From: Antedon mediterranea
Taxonomy: Eukaryota; Animalia; Echinodermata
Assembly: GCF_964355755.1 (NCBI RefSeq)
Contig: NC_092677.1
Span: 22,989,175-23,053,174, forward strand
Direction of reading: 5' to 3'
DNA length: 64,000 nucleotides
Positions 13,584-27,300 of this stretch are shown in pieces. The translations under genes were made by a program, and so were the position numbers. Within the stretch, counting starts at the first letter, position 1. Every line of letters begins with the position of its first letter. The notes beneath the pieces were generated by a model. The model saw only the letters and a program-made list of their open reading frames with translations. It was not told the DNA's origin and did not search any database.

Positions 13584-15026
13584 TGATTAAAAAACCTACG
13601 GAAACATATTAATTAATCATCATAATTTATTTGAAATCAAATAAATAGCAATGTATATTGCAATAATAATTAAGAAGTAAAAGCCAAATAGACAGCAACT
13701 ACAACTAATATTAACATTACAATAGTATCTATTGGTAATGTTTTATCCTAGTTAGGTTAGGCCCTGCTTGGCTGGGCCTTCCTAATTCACGGAAATACGA
13801 CGCGAAAAAACGTCATATATTCGCCGAGAGTAATAGATGGACTTCGTGAAAAACAATGCTTTTTTTAAATAATTTACGTGAGTCTAACAAACATAGATCA
13901 GCAATGCCTAGTAGTGCTGGATATATATGTCAAATTAATTATAAAAATAACTATTATTACTTGCAAATATCGCTAAAAATAAGAATTTACGAAAAGTCTA
14001 GGCTCAGCGAAAAAGGTAAATAAAGCCAATACCATTTTCATCGTGGGTAGCCTAACGGAAGAAAACGGAAACATGTTTTTGTTTCCACCGTATTGTTTGT
14101 CTATTATTAATACATTGGAATTCGAAATTAATACAAAAGTATTTTATAATATATTTCATGAAAAAAAATCAAATGAATTATCAATAATTCGTCGAACGAA
14201 ACTGGTTACCCCTATACGGAAATGGACTATCCCAGTATCATTTTCGCAAACACGAGGCTGAAATATGGTCTCGCCGCAAAAAACAGCATCTTATAAAATT
14301 CGCTCTAGCATTTCTATTTATCAATATAAAATTATAAAAACTAAACAGAAAGAATCCAAAATAATCAATGTATATATACTTACGTGTGAAATATGCGTGC
14401 TTTATAAGAAAATCTATCTGAAAATATGACGTAAACTTTTTACTTTAACTTTTCACGGTCGACCATCGCTTGGATTTAATATTTCACTTCGGAAACAATT
14501 CTCCTATTATACAACATAATCTTCGGAAGCTTTCGGAAGTTATTTAACCAATCACAACAGTGCTAGCGGCGACGAAAAATACCGAGTAAAACAAGACAAA
14601 AATAACGAATTCGGAAAATATGCTCCACATGGGGAACGCAGCGGTTTACCATTGCGAAGATAGGTCACGCTGTGTAATGTAATACGATCGCGATTCAGAG
14701 GACATCGCAGCGAAGGAATTTGTCACGTGACTGAAAGCCCTAATTAAATTAGTTTTATTTAAAAGAGCTTAGAAAACTATTTAAAATGAGGGGTTACCCA
14801 TGGTAGCTATAAACACAAAAAAATTAGTGTCTCACAGGTCTTTATAATGCATGAATCATTTTAATACAAAAATTATGTAAATCGGACCAGTATTAGCGGA
14901 GATATTATAATATAATGACATTTGTTGGAAGCAAATTCCTTTTATTTTTATGTAGTCCGATATAACACACAGACATTAACAGATTCAAGTCAACAATATG
15001 GAACTTTATTCACTACTATATACAAC

Positions 15027-15046
15027 CATGGAGGTATACCTCCATG
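15027..15046. other. 20-bp palindrome with 7-bp TSD (putative transposon footprint)
   Basis: ATACAAC-CATGGAGGTATACCTCCATG-ATACAAC. Confidence 0.75.
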
Positions 15047-15384
15047 ATACAACTATATACAAGAGAGAGTTTTAAGGCTGAGAGCTATCTTATATCAGGG
15101 TGTTCGCTAGTACAATGTAATTGAAACTCTGCCACATGAATAGATGAGTCTGACTATATGCAATGTGTTGACCCATGGTTGGCCTTGTGCAAGCCACCCT
15201 GTAAGCTCATTAAGTCATTAAGGTAAACATTGGGATTTTAATGAGTACAGAGGAGCCTTGATAGGACCAATTCCACAAACAAGTTAATAAATTATGGGTC
15301 TATAATACAATTCCTTCTCAACCTTAATTTATTTATTTTCTTAGTATTTAATCTCTCAGTTTTCTTAAATTTTTTTTTTTGTAA

Positions 15385-18300
15385 TTGGTTATCCGCAACG
15401 AAGTTGCAGGATAACCTCTTGTGATTGTACGAGATCAACATCATCTTTTTCTTGATCTTCTTTCTTTCTGTATGATTTTTGTGGAACGCTTTTCTCTAAA
15501 ACTTGTAAACATAACATTTTGTAACTTTCTCAACATATCGTCATGCACATGAAGATGTGCTGCGAAGCTTTTCATGACGTTTACAATTGCGCAACGTGAC
15601 TTACGCGTGATTTAACGATTTCCTCGTATTTAACATAGGTCGAAAACCAAATAACATTTCAAATTGAAACTTTCCAAAAGTTTAATTTATATCATGCGCT
15701 AACTTTATGTTGAAAAAAAATTGCGTGTTTTACACAAAGTTACGCGCGCACGCGCATTTAAAATTTCAAAATGCGCAAAATTAATTTCTAATCAACTTTC
15801 TACGCGTTTCATGTCGTTTTAAGCATGTAAAAAATTCCCACGCGTGCGCAAATTTTTACGTGTGCGGTGCGCACGTAGCATTGAAAACATATTTTTTTCG
15901 CGTGATTTATGTTTTTCCAGCCTTTTCTAGTAATTTTATCAAATTTTAAACAATTTCGACTTAAAGTTACGTCATACGAGCACGTCGAATTGGACAATTT
16001 GCGCGTGTTTTTGATGAAAAAGTTCAAAATTCCGTTAAAAATATGCCTTTTTTTAAACAGTCGTAATTTCTAAACTACACGGTCAACTTTTTGTGGATGA
16101 CATATTCTGGAAGTTGATGAGTTGTAGATATCGGATCAGGTATTAATATGGCTAACCGGACATTGTGATGTCATCGTATGGCCACACGAATATAAAATTT
16201 AGGATTTTTGTATCTTTCGTCATAGGTCATCACATTGAATAGAGCGCCTCTCCACTTATTCGTTTTCCATTTTCACCCCGATTTTGATATTGTCTAGGTC
16301 AATCAACTATCTTTCGCATGAGTTAAAAATATTTTAATTTTTTTGACGTCATCATGCCTAAAAATTTAAATCACGTGTGGCATTAATTTCATCTTTACAG
16401 TAAATTTTAATCTGTTATAGCTCGTAAGAATAAAATGTGATAATCACGATTAAAACTTTTTCTGGAAGCTATTGAATTTTAGATACGAAATTATGTAAAA
16501 ATGTTGCCAATCGGATGTTGTGACGTCATCATATGGCCAGTTATATAAAAAAGGTCGTATTTTCATCTTTTGCGTCATAATTCATTACATTTAAACGAGC
16601 GCGCATCAATATTTCACGTATTCAAATTTCTTCTACATGCTAATACGTTGTTGCTGAGATAATTTCCTTTCGGAATTGCTAACTTCGCGTTTCATTTTAA
16701 AACCGTCAACACGTTAAAAATTGCAATAAATAGCGGGTCCCGTAATTTCACCTATTCTATGTATTTCACTGTATGTGATATGGATACAGATTATACTGTG
16801 TATACTATATATGAATTTAAATAATAAAATTCAGCAACATATCATATTCTTCAGTTCAGGTCATAATGCCAACGTGAACACTTCCTTTTGTCCTCAACCT
16901 ATCCCCTTAATGTTAATGTTGCACCACTTGCGCGGCGGATAACCAAACTCGTCAAAGTGACGAGTTACATGTCTAGTTTTTCATCTTCTTTCTTTCTGTA
17001 TGATTTTTGTGTAACGCTTTTCTCTAAAACTTGCAAACATAACATTTTGTTAACTATGTTAACATTTTGACATTCACGTAACGTCGTCAAGCGAAGCTTT
17101 TCATGATGTTTACAATTGCGCAACGCGACGTACGCGCGATTTAACGATTTTCTCGTATTTAACATATGTCGAAAACCAAACAACATTTTAAAATGAAACT
17201 TTGCAAAAGTTTAATTTATATCATGCGCTAACTGTCTGTTGAAAAAAAATTGCGTGTTTTACACAAAGTTACGCGCGCACGCGCATTTAAAATTTCAAAA
17301 TGCGCAAAATTAATTTCTAATCAACTTTCTACGCGTTTCATGTCGTTTTGAGCATGTCAAAAATTCCCACGCGTGCGCACATTTTTACGTGTACGGTGCG
17401 CACGTAGCATTGAAAACGTATTTTTTTCGCGTGATTTATGTTTTTTCAGCCTTTTCTAGTAATTTTACCAAATTTTAAACAATTTCGACTTAAAGATACG
17501 TCATACGAGCACGTCGAATTGGACAATTTGCGCGCGTTTTTTATGAAAAGGTTAAAAAATTCGTTTAAAATATGCCTTTTTTTAAACAGTCGTAATTTCT
17601 AAACTAGACGGTCAAATTTTTGTGGATGACATATTCTGGAAGTAGATGAGTTGTAGATATCGGATCAGGTATTAATATGGGTAACCGGACATTATGACGT
17701 CATCGTATGGCCACGCAAACATAAAATTTAGGATTTTTGTATCTTTCGTCATAGCTCATCACATTGAATAGAGCGCATCTCCACTTATCCGTTTTCCATT
17801 TTCACCCCGATTTTGATATTGTCTAGGTCAATCAAGTATCTTTCGCATGAGTTAAAAATATTTTAATTTTTTTGACGTCATCGTGCCTAAAAATTTAAAT
17901 CACGTGTGGCATTAATTTCATCTTTACAGTAAATTTTAATCTGTTATAGCTCGTAAGAATAAAATGTGATAATCACGATTAAAACTTTGTCTGGAAGCTA
18001 TTGGATTGTAGATACGAAATTATGTAAAAATTTTGCCAATCGGATGTTGTGACGTCATCATATGGCCAGTTAAATAAAAAAGGTCGTATTTTCATCTTTT
18101 GCGTCATAATTCATTACATTTAAAAGAGCGCGCATCAATATTTCACGTATTCAAATTTCTTCTACACGCTAATACGTTGTTGCTGAGATAATTTCCTTTC
18201 GGAATTGCTACCTTCGCGTTTCATTTTAAAACCGTCAACATGTTAAAAAATTGCAATAAATAGCGGGTCCCGTAATTTCTCCTATTCTACACTGTATGTG

Positions 18301-18505
18301 ATATGGATACAGATTATACTGTGTATACTATATATGAATTTAAATAATAAAATTCAGCAATAACAACATATCATATTCTTCAGTTCAGGTCATAATGCCA
18401 ACGTGAACACTTCCTTTTGTCCTCAACCTATCCCCTTAATGTTAATGTTGCACCACTTGCGCGGCGGATAACCAAACTCGTCAAAGTGACGAGTTACATG
18501 TCTAG
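15385..18505 (+). mobile_element. Tandem dimer of a ~1.53-kb non-autonomous Helitron2/Helentron (HINE)-like element
   Basis: 5' hairpin head GGTTATCCGC...GGATAACC, TC microsatellite, 3' GCGGATAAC sub-TIR, hairpin AACTCGTCAAAGTGACGAGTT, CTAG-TTT end at 16976 and 18505; no TSD, T-rich flanks. Confidence 0.8.
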
Positions 18506-18950
18506 TTTTTTCTTATGTCTAATTTCTTGTTTTGTATATATTTAAGTGTGTATGTATTATTTTTCACTGTAAACTTGTTGCACATCTCACTGAGACTGTG
18601 CCTCTGATTTAGGCCCCGTTTCTGCTGCCAAAAATATACCGTATATATACGGTATATTTTATATACGGTATATTTTTTGGCAGCAGAAATGGGTCTCATA
18701 AAAAATATACCGTAAATATTTGCGGTATATATACCGCATAAATATCCCCATCGTTTGTGGATATTATACGGTATATTCCAAAATATACCGTATATTTCGT
18801 TCCCCATTTCTGCTGCACTAAAAATATACCGTAAATGTGACCCGACTCGTGACACGAGGTCAAAAACTAACAGAGCGCGACGCGTTTGTTTTGGTTTTTC
18901 TGCTGCATTGAAAGTTGAAACACACGTGTAAAAGCAAGCAACAGATCAAA

Positions 18951-21314
18951 ATGTCACTGTGGACCGAACAAATCACTATTTTTGCAATTCAATTGTGGGG
19001 GGAAGCGAAGGTTGGGGGGAGACTGCATGGCAACAGAAGAGATACTGAGATTTATAAAAGCATCTCAAACAAAATCAAAGCAGAATTTGCGCTAGACTTA
19101 ACGCCAAAGCAAGTCAACAGCAAACTAAAAATTGTACGAAAACAGTACAATTTGGCCAAAGACAATAACAGCAAGTCCGGGAGAGAACGAGTTTCTTGTC
19201 CCCACTACGATTTGCTCGACGGCATTTTGGGGGATCGGGCAATTGCTGCACCTCCCCATTTAATGGATAGGGAGGTAAACCTTGGACTACTTGACGGTAA
19301 GTAAACTATATTTTCGATCAAGTACATGCTAGCTCCCTTATTTAGTATAGTAATGTCTGTACGAATAAAAACGGATTGCAGCTAGGCCTAGGAAGGTAGG
19401 GCTAGATAGCCTAAGGAAAATTTAGTTCAATTTTAGTAATAATAAGGTTGAATACAAAGCTTTGATTATATTTTTGTTATAATAAATTAAAGGATGGGCT
19501 GGGTTATTATTTTATTACAAAATATGTTTATTATTTGACTATTAAATAATTTTCTTACGGTTTTTTCAATCCATTTTATTTATTTCAACCGGTAGCTAGC
19601 ACCCTTGCTAGGCCCTTTGTGGGTTAAATAACATTTATGCCATTACAAATACACAGTATAAAACAACACAGGTACAAGCATCATTGTTCTAATGTAAACA
19701 AATTGCTTTTTAAAAATATTTTTATAGGAGCTGAGGAAGCAGAACAAGTAGATGAAGAACAGGATAATGAAAGTATATGTAAGCACTTAATTTTATTTTA
19801 AAGCTTTACACCAAAATTAATTGTATTTAATCAAACCTTTAGGGAGGTCTATGATTATACCATATAATATACTTCTAAACTGCAATTTCTTATGTTTTAT
19901 ACCCATGGTAGGACCAATTTTATTTTTAAATGAAGCAAAAATATTCAGGGAGTACTCCCAAAACAATGACCACTAGTAGTAGTTGCCTGTTTAAACCAGG
20001 GAGTTGTTATTAACAACTCCCTGTTTAAACTCAACAGCTGGAATTAATTAGTTAATTAACATATACAATAGCTCTTTTGATCTATTAAGCTTAATTCTTT
20101 AATCTTCTTAACTTTAATTGATTGTTTATTTCCTACTTCCTTTTGTTATGAATTCCCACCATAATTTGGAATACTGTTAATTATTAAATAATGCTTTCTA
20201 ATCTTGTTCCTGATTTAAAATATCATTTTATTAAATTTGTTTTTCAAATAATAAAGTGACTGCCGACGACAGCGTAGTTGACGCTGAATTAGACGATGAT
20301 CCAAATGTTGTGGAAAATGCAAATGTTGTGGAAAATGCAAATGTGGAAAATGCTGCTGTCCAACAAAGGCAACCAGGTTAGTTAATTTGAACTATAAAAT
20401 AGAAATGGTGTATTTAGTGGTCCCATACAAATTTACCTTATAAATCCACTTATACTGTACTTGCAATGACATCAAATACTTAGATGATGGCAATCCGTTT
20501 AAAAACCGGTAAGAACAAGCGATGTTAATAATATACATAAAAACTGATTGTATGAGTGTTAATGTCAATAAAGATAAAGAATGACTAGCTGATTTTGTAA
20601 TTTGTACATTTATAATGATTATTAATATTTATAAATATTTATACCCCTATAGCAGATGAACAGCCTCAACGAAAGAGGAGAAAAACGAAGCTGGAAGAAT
20701 CATTTAGCGTTCTGTCTAAAGAACTTGTGAAGCATGATAAAGAGGCTGAAGAGAGAATGCAGAGGCAATTTGAAAGGGCTAATCACCAGCATAGGGAGTG
20801 GCTAGAGGCAATGACAAGAGAAGCGGAGCGTAACCGGCAAGAAGAAAGAGAAAGAGATCATCAAAGGATGATGCAAATTATGCAATTGTTTGCACCACAG
20901 CAGCAGTACATGCAGACACATACACAGCCTCATCACCAACCACAACAACCATACCATACGCAAAGAACAAGCACACAAAGCCGTCTGTCATCAGACTTCA
21001 ACACACCAACATATGCACGAGCACAAGCACATCCTCGCAGCAATACACATCCCCACACAATCACACATCCACAAGCAAGAACACCCACACACACACTCAC
21101 ACACCCACCTGCAAGAACACCCAGTCACCCACTTGCAAGAACGCACACACACACACTCACACACCCACCTGCAAGAACACCCAGTCACCCACTTGCAAGA
21201 ACGCACACACCCACCCACCAACATGTAAGAACACAGGCCATAACAACCCCACAAGCATACACACAGGCTCAAGTCCACACAGATGTACAAGAGCCGGAAT
21301 ACATTAATCTTTAA
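18951..21314 (+). CDS. Harbinger Myb/SANT-like (trihelix) DNA-binding protein, 4 exons, ~392 aa, intact
   Basis: Exons 18951-19296, 19728-19778, 20257-20376, 20653-21314 with GT-AG phase-1 introns; WTEQI...W...SGRERVSCPHYDLLDGILG motif, acidic linker, RKRRKTK, coiled coil, H/P/T-rich tail with a 60-bp repeat. Confidence 0.85.
19997..20023. other. 27-bp hairpin with 7-bp TSD (putative transposon footprint)
   Basis: TTTAAAC-CAGGGAGTTGTTA-T-TAACAACTCCCTG-TTTAAAC. Confidence 0.75.
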
Positions 21315-22039
21315 ATCTTTAGCAACACTACCTCCAAGCAGCTAATAATGTAAATGGCAACATTTTTTTCAATATTTTTTATAGTTCTATGGTGCGTATA
21401 CAAGTTTAGCAATATATAACACAAATTAGGTGTTTCTTTGACAGCAAATAACATGTAAATAAAAACATTTCTTATTTTTAACCTTTTATATTATATGTGT
21501 GTAATTATATATTGCATAGCATTTCGCTAATAAATATTTTTATGGTTCTATGGTGCTTATACAACAAAAGAGGTCTTTCTTTGACAGCAAATAACTTGTA
21601 AATATAAACATTTCTTATTTTTAACTTTTTATATTATACGCGTGTAGTTTTAGTTGTACAGTATATTGCATTGACAAGCATTTACATTTCGTAAATCAGC
21701 AAATAACATGTGCATTGTAAATAATAAAACATTTCTTTTTCAATTCTTAATAATATTGTGTTACGTTATATATTTAATTTTATACAGTTTTAGCTATACC
21801 AATACCAAAAAAACTAATATGTAGTTGTGTATTATTAGTGTTAATGTACTCAACAAAATACAATGGAAAATAATTACATCATAATGTGCAATACAGCATT
21901 TCTAGCTTGCCTTGTTTTTTATAACTCATTTTTACTTTACATATTTAATGACCAATATGATATTTGAATAAAATTTATGTTAGTGTTTGTATTTTCAGTT
22001 TCAATGTATTATTATCTATCTAAAGTTCTTGTAAATTGC

Positions 22040-24058
22040 TCATGTTAAGTGGTTAAACAATGCATTTCTGATACCCACTGCATCTAGTTGTAGATTATGA
22101 TCACCTGCTACTTCATTGTCATGCTCCTCTTCTTCTGGCAACTCTGGCAGAATGTCATCAACCAAATCATTTTGTGCTATACAAAAGTTATGCAGAACAC
22201 AACAAGTGTTAACGATCATTGGCACTTTAGAAATATGGGAGTCATTTCTACGCATCAAAATGCGCCACCTGCCTTTCAACAACCCAAATGCTCTCTCAAC
22301 TACCATCCGTGCCTTGCTTAGTTTATAGTTGAAGACACGATACCTCCGTTGATCATGGCCACGTTGTGGGAATCCCTTCATTAACCAAGGTAGCAGCGGG
22401 TACGCAGGATCTCCAATTATGAATATTGGTACATCCGTGTTGTCAATTTCAACAGTTGTCTGTAAGATGAATAATAAATAACAATTATTTCTTTTATTTG
22501 ATGTGCAGAACTACAGGAAGTGGTAAATCTTTTCCCACAAAGTAAAGTATTCCGACTAAGGGGTATGACATGCCAGATAAAGGAACAGTTTAAAACACCA
22601 ACCTGAGGAAACAGTTGACCATTTTGACCTTTTTCGTACAATGACGAGTTTCTAAAAACTCTTGCGTCGTGGACCTTCCCTGGCCAGCCGACGTATGTGT
22701 CTGTAAATCTTAAACAAATATGTAGGTATGGTTTAGTTACAAGAAAGAAAGGCCTTTTTAAACAGCCTGATTAAGACAGAATGCAGTTTACTAAAAAAAA
22801 TATTGCTACAATCTATCAAACTAATATATTGGTTGGCATTTAAATTACCTTAACTTGTGATCTACAACAGCTTGAAGTATTATAGAATAGTGCCCTTTCC
22901 GATTGAAGTAGTCCGCAGTTGAATTGTGAGGTGCAATGATAGGTATGTGGGAGCCATCGATGGCACCTGCACATTGCGGAAAGCCATGTACCTCACCGAA
23001 TCCTGTCACGGTTGCCTTCAAGCGTTCTTCTATTGGCCAAACTATATAGTCATTGTACATTTTCTTAGGTCGCAGCAAGTTGACAACCTCCACACCGTCA
23101 TCCCAACCACATGCTCCACTGTCATGCCGTTCCCAAAGTTTGTGACTTGTCTTTGCAGGTTTGGTCTCAGTATGTCACAAAGAACAGTAAAAGTGTCTGA
23201 AAAATAAATTTAGACAGTACTAAATAAAAAAGGTCTACTGATTTAAGGTAAACAATTAATTAAATGTTGTTTATTATACATGTGTTCAAAATTGATCAAA
23301 ACATTTTTTTTTTTTTGGCGGGCCTAGCCTTAGATTCTAATGCGTCAGCTAGAAAATAAATCATTTATCTATTCTATATCAAATCTAGTTATCTTTAAAA
23401 TAGTTACCTGTGTCATAGGTTATTAATTGTTATAAGCATCTATATTTGGTTTAAAAATAAGCAATATGATTAATAAGCATCTAAACTAGCTAGGTCTATA
23501 TGTTCGGTTTATTAAAACAAGTGGAGCCTACTACTAGTACTACTAGGGTGCCTGGATTTAAAAAAAAAAGCCTAGTCTAAGCCTAGTATATAGAGTATAT
23601 ACATATATTAAAATATATTAAAATATATATATAGAGGCATACATATATATGGTAATATATAGGCCTAGAGTCTCTAGGCCTCTACCTAGGGTCGCAAGTA
23701 CCTTTTTTGACATACGAAAATTCGCTTTCCACAACTGTTCGGTGTAGCGGTTACACACAGTTTCATTCCACCAGTTTAGCGACACAATAGGGTTGCGAGG
23801 TCGTCTTCTAGCCCTAGCGACTCTTCTTCTAGCCCTCCTCCTGTCATCATCATCATCATCGTCGATGAAGTTGGATGTTCCGAGAAGAACAGCAGCCAAA
23901 GTTATCGGCAAACGCCGTCGTCTTCTTTGCATAAATCTATTCAATGCCCATTCTACATTTCTAGATTGTGCTTGTATGTGCGGTGTAAATTCGTTGCCAC
24001 TTCTGCTCATTAGATTTAAAATAGAAAGCAATGCTACGACGTTTTGAGAAACCATCAT
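22040..24058 (-). pseudogene. Harbinger (HARBI1-like) DDE transposase, 4 exons, disrupted
   Basis: NFRMSK, WRLST, GAIDGSH, YFNRKG, GWPGKVHDARVF, IGDPAYPLLPWLM, VVERAFGLLKGRW, CCVLHN; phase mismatch at intron 1 and frameshifting deletion near 23065. Confidence 0.92.
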
Positions 24059-24365
24059 TGTTTTGTTTTTGTCAGCATGTAGGCAAAAACCTCACTACAC
24101 GAGGTCAATCCATACTTCCGTCTCACGAAATGCATTTTGGGTAATGAAAGCCAACTTTTTTACAACCCACCCACGAAGTATGTGCAGCGGAAACGGTGCA
24201 CGAATTTCATATACGGTATATATACGGTATATATATACGGTATATTTATACGGTATATTTTGGGTTGGCAGCAGAAACGGGCCCTTACAGTATAAAATAT
24301 AGCATTTTTAGCCCATTTATTTACTCTATACATATGTGTATTTTCATTATTAAATATAATGTCAC

Positions 24366-25057
24366 CAGGGCTGAAAATTAACGGTCGCCAATGGCGACCA
24401 TTATTTGGTACGGGCGAGTATTAATTTTGTGATGGTCGACCCGTCTGGCGACTTCCAGAAACTGCATCCACCTACTTTTTATAACCAATCTAGGCCTAGG
24501 CTAATAATATATAAGCTAAGTTATAAAGCTACAAGCCTAATGGCAGTCCCTCGTTTTTAAGGATCGCGAGCACGATCGCACTCAACAACCTTCGAAAAGG
24601 AGAGCAATTAATCGCGCTCCATCTCACAGTGCGAGGTACCAACAAAGGGGATTCCCCTGCCTGCATTCAAGGGCGAGTTTACTTCATCGCCTCATAGTGC
24701 AACCAGTACAGTGTCATAGAAACACCTCCTTTACAGGAAGCACATGTCCCAACCAATAATTTTTCCTTTTATGCTTACTACATGTTTTTATGGAACGAGT
24801 TAATAAAATATATTTAATTTTAAAAGGAAACATTAATATAGGAGGCCTAAATATAATGTTTATTATTTAAAAAGCTTAGTTGCTTTAATTATGTCATTTT
24901 GAAGATGGATTATTTCTTCGAAAGTTCTAACTTTATCCCCACCCCCGTTGGGCAAAAAAAATGTGTACGGGCCAGCCATTTTTAATAAGGGCGACCATCC
25001 TTCAACTTCAACTGGCCCTGCTGGCCACTATGGTTTAAAGGTTAATTTTCAGTCCTG
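24366..25057. mobile_element. Non-autonomous CAGGG-ended element with 6-bp TSD (second family)
   Basis: 17-bp TIR CAGG(G/A)CTGAAAATTAAC; TGTCAC duplicated (24360-24365, 25058-25063); interior shared with 2776-4103. Confidence 0.88.
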
Positions 25058-25156
25058 TGTCACATGAGCTTAGTATTATAAATAATTAATTATGTAATAC
25101 GTAAAGTTCAAGTCATCATCGAGGTCAAGGTCACTGTTAAAGGTCATCAGTAAAGG

Positions 25157-25492
25157 TCACAGGAGGTAACAAGAAAGCATAAAAAATCTAGATATTTGCA
25201 TTAATGGAAAATCTAACTTTGACTTTTTATTCTTTATTATTTTTCGTCGCTTGTTCTTGATACCAACAATTTTCGCTCGCAATGTACTGTTCTTTATACT
25301 TTTCACGTCAACATTGTTTTGTCCTAAAATCTTGAGTATCCAAGTGATGTGTGTCGAAATTGGCCACTGTAGTTTCAGCACAACATCTCGAATTTCAAGG
25401 ACAGCACTATTAGTAATGTGTTGACCATTAAGTTTACAAACGGCATCTTCCTCAAGACTGGATAAGTTAATCCCTATCGCATCAGAATACAC
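25157..25492 (-). pseudogene. Fragment resembling the N-terminus of the 10216-13583 transposase
   Basis: ITNSAVLEI...ILKILG...NST...RKIIKNK parallels VNNGLVIEL...ILKLVG...NST...RKKNKNK. Confidence 0.45.
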
Positions 25493-26279
25493 ACCAATAT
25501 CATTTTGAATGTAATGTTCTTAAATAAAATTGCCAATAGTTTTAGACAATTTAAAGCCTGTAAATAAAAATAAAAATAATACAATTGTAACGATAGATTC
25601 TTAAGGTGAATACCATGGTGGTGTTCAATAAGCCTATTCCAAACCATTGGTGAACTAGGAGTCACTCAGACAGGTTGAACGCATTTTTTGGTTGGCTAGC
25701 AACCATGCAGCGCCACCTACTGTCCACGCAGCGCCACCTACCGTCGTGACGTCAGCACCGCAGACTCTATAAAATATTAAATAATTTAGCAGACCTTGAT
25801 TTATAAATATAAGAGGAGAGCTCCTAATGGCTCTCCTCAATATGTTGAGGAGAGCCATTATTTAGATTAAGTATCCGAGGCACAGGCCCACCATGGTTGG
25901 GCCTGTGGGGATCCGAATTTTAATAAATGACACCTCTAGATGGCCGGAAATGGTACTCAAGCATGTAAAATTCATAATAAATGGCGAGACAAAATAAAGC
26001 AAGAACTAGCAATTCATCCAACATTTAAAACAATTCTTTCTTCTTCTTTCAATAATTCCCTGTATGCTTTAATATATTAACTCCAGCAATGAATTACGGT
26101 ATTTATTTGGTTTCTTTATTTTACAATAATATATTAGTAAAAATTATCTAAAAACCACAACCTAATAATTATTATTTTACAGTTGAAGACTTTAGTTAAG
26201 TTAGGACAGTTAATAGTTAACCCAGTTTAAGTCTGGCTCTGAAGCTCCGCTATCTGAATCAGAACTGTCTTCATCACTT

Positions 26280-27300
26280 TGAGTTGTGTCACTTTCTGCA
26301 GATGGTCTTGCTTCTAATCTTTATTTCTTACAGTAGCTCTTTCATGCGCAGTTTGCGCCGTTTGTTACCAGACATGAACCTCGCTACTAAGAATTTGTTA
26401 TTGCTTCTTTTCCCCTTTGTGACCAAGTCCTGTCATTTCCTTTGATCAAAAGGAGGTCTTCCATGGTGCTATGGTTCAGAGAGCATAGCAGTTAAGATGC
26501 TAAAGCCACACTCAACGTAAATTACTCACACCGATTACCATAACTTTCAGGCATTTCCATTCACGTTTTAGTTTACTTCCATCAAAAACCACAGCTGATA
26601 GTGTTGTAGCGAAGTGTTCTGCCACAAATTGTAGTAAGCCAGTTCAGTCTCAACATCACTCTTCCAATTAGCTGGATTCAACCAAGTCATATGTTGATAT
26701 ATAATCAAATCATTCATCTAGGCATGTTAGTAGTGCTGGAATAGAATTTTGTCTTAAAGTATTGGCAATTGCAGGATGAGTAGGTCTAGTGCTGGTGTTT
26801 TTTTAAGAGGTGCTACACCATTCTTGATTTCTTCCTCTGTTTCCAAAGTCCATGTTTCAGAACACTTTCAATTATTTTCTCTTTCATGGTTCTCCCATTT
26901 TCTTCTTTCTTTTCTAACTCCATATACGTGATTTGATTACGATCATGCGGAAAATTTCAATACTTTGCTGAATCCTTTTTATTTCAATAGTACGAAGATT
27001 TACTCCTCTTCCAGAGTCATAGAATTTGAATTGATCATGTCCCCAAAAATCCATTCAACACCGATTCTTACTTTTGGCATGGCTTTGTTGAAAGCTTCTT
27101 GATCTGGTGTAATGTTTTGTCTTGGAAATGGTATTGCCCTCTTGCTCAAATGACCTAGCTTGGAGTTCATCTATAAGGTTGGACTGCCTCAGTAGATATG
27201 CGTCGTGTCTCCAGCCTTCCACAGGTCTGAATAAATGCGCAACCAAACCATTTGCAGCTGTAACAGACTAATATTTGAGGGCATGTAGTCTCTCTTATGT
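26280..27300 (-). pseudogene. Degenerate hAT (ZNF862-like) transposase C-terminal region
   Basis: HMTWLNPANW, VMVIGVSN, GFSILTAM, LNHSTMEDLLLI fragments; paralogous to 32440-33900. Confidence 0.6.

Larger units (their letters stand above)
18612..24284. mobile_element. Full-length PIF/Harbinger transposon (5.7 kb)
   Basis: 20-bp TIR GG(C/G)CCCGTTTCTGCTGCCAA, TTA TSD (18609-18611, 24285-24287), ATATACCGTA subterminal arrays, convergent Myb/SANT and DDE genes. Confidence 0.95.

Noticed and set aside
9370-14960. Termini for the Tudor-transposase element
   Set aside because: Several terminus-like motifs but no matching TIR pair with a TSD could be found.
18502-18855. Tyr/Ile-rich ORFs here and at 24063-24381
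   Set aside because: Translations of Harbinger ATATACCGTA subterminal repeats.
20890-21290. Overlapping His-rich and Cys/Val-rich ORFs
   Set aside because: Alternative frames of the CA-rich Myb exon 4.
22040-24058. Host HARBI1 gene
   Set aside because: Lies within TIRs/TSD beside a Myb partner and is disrupted.
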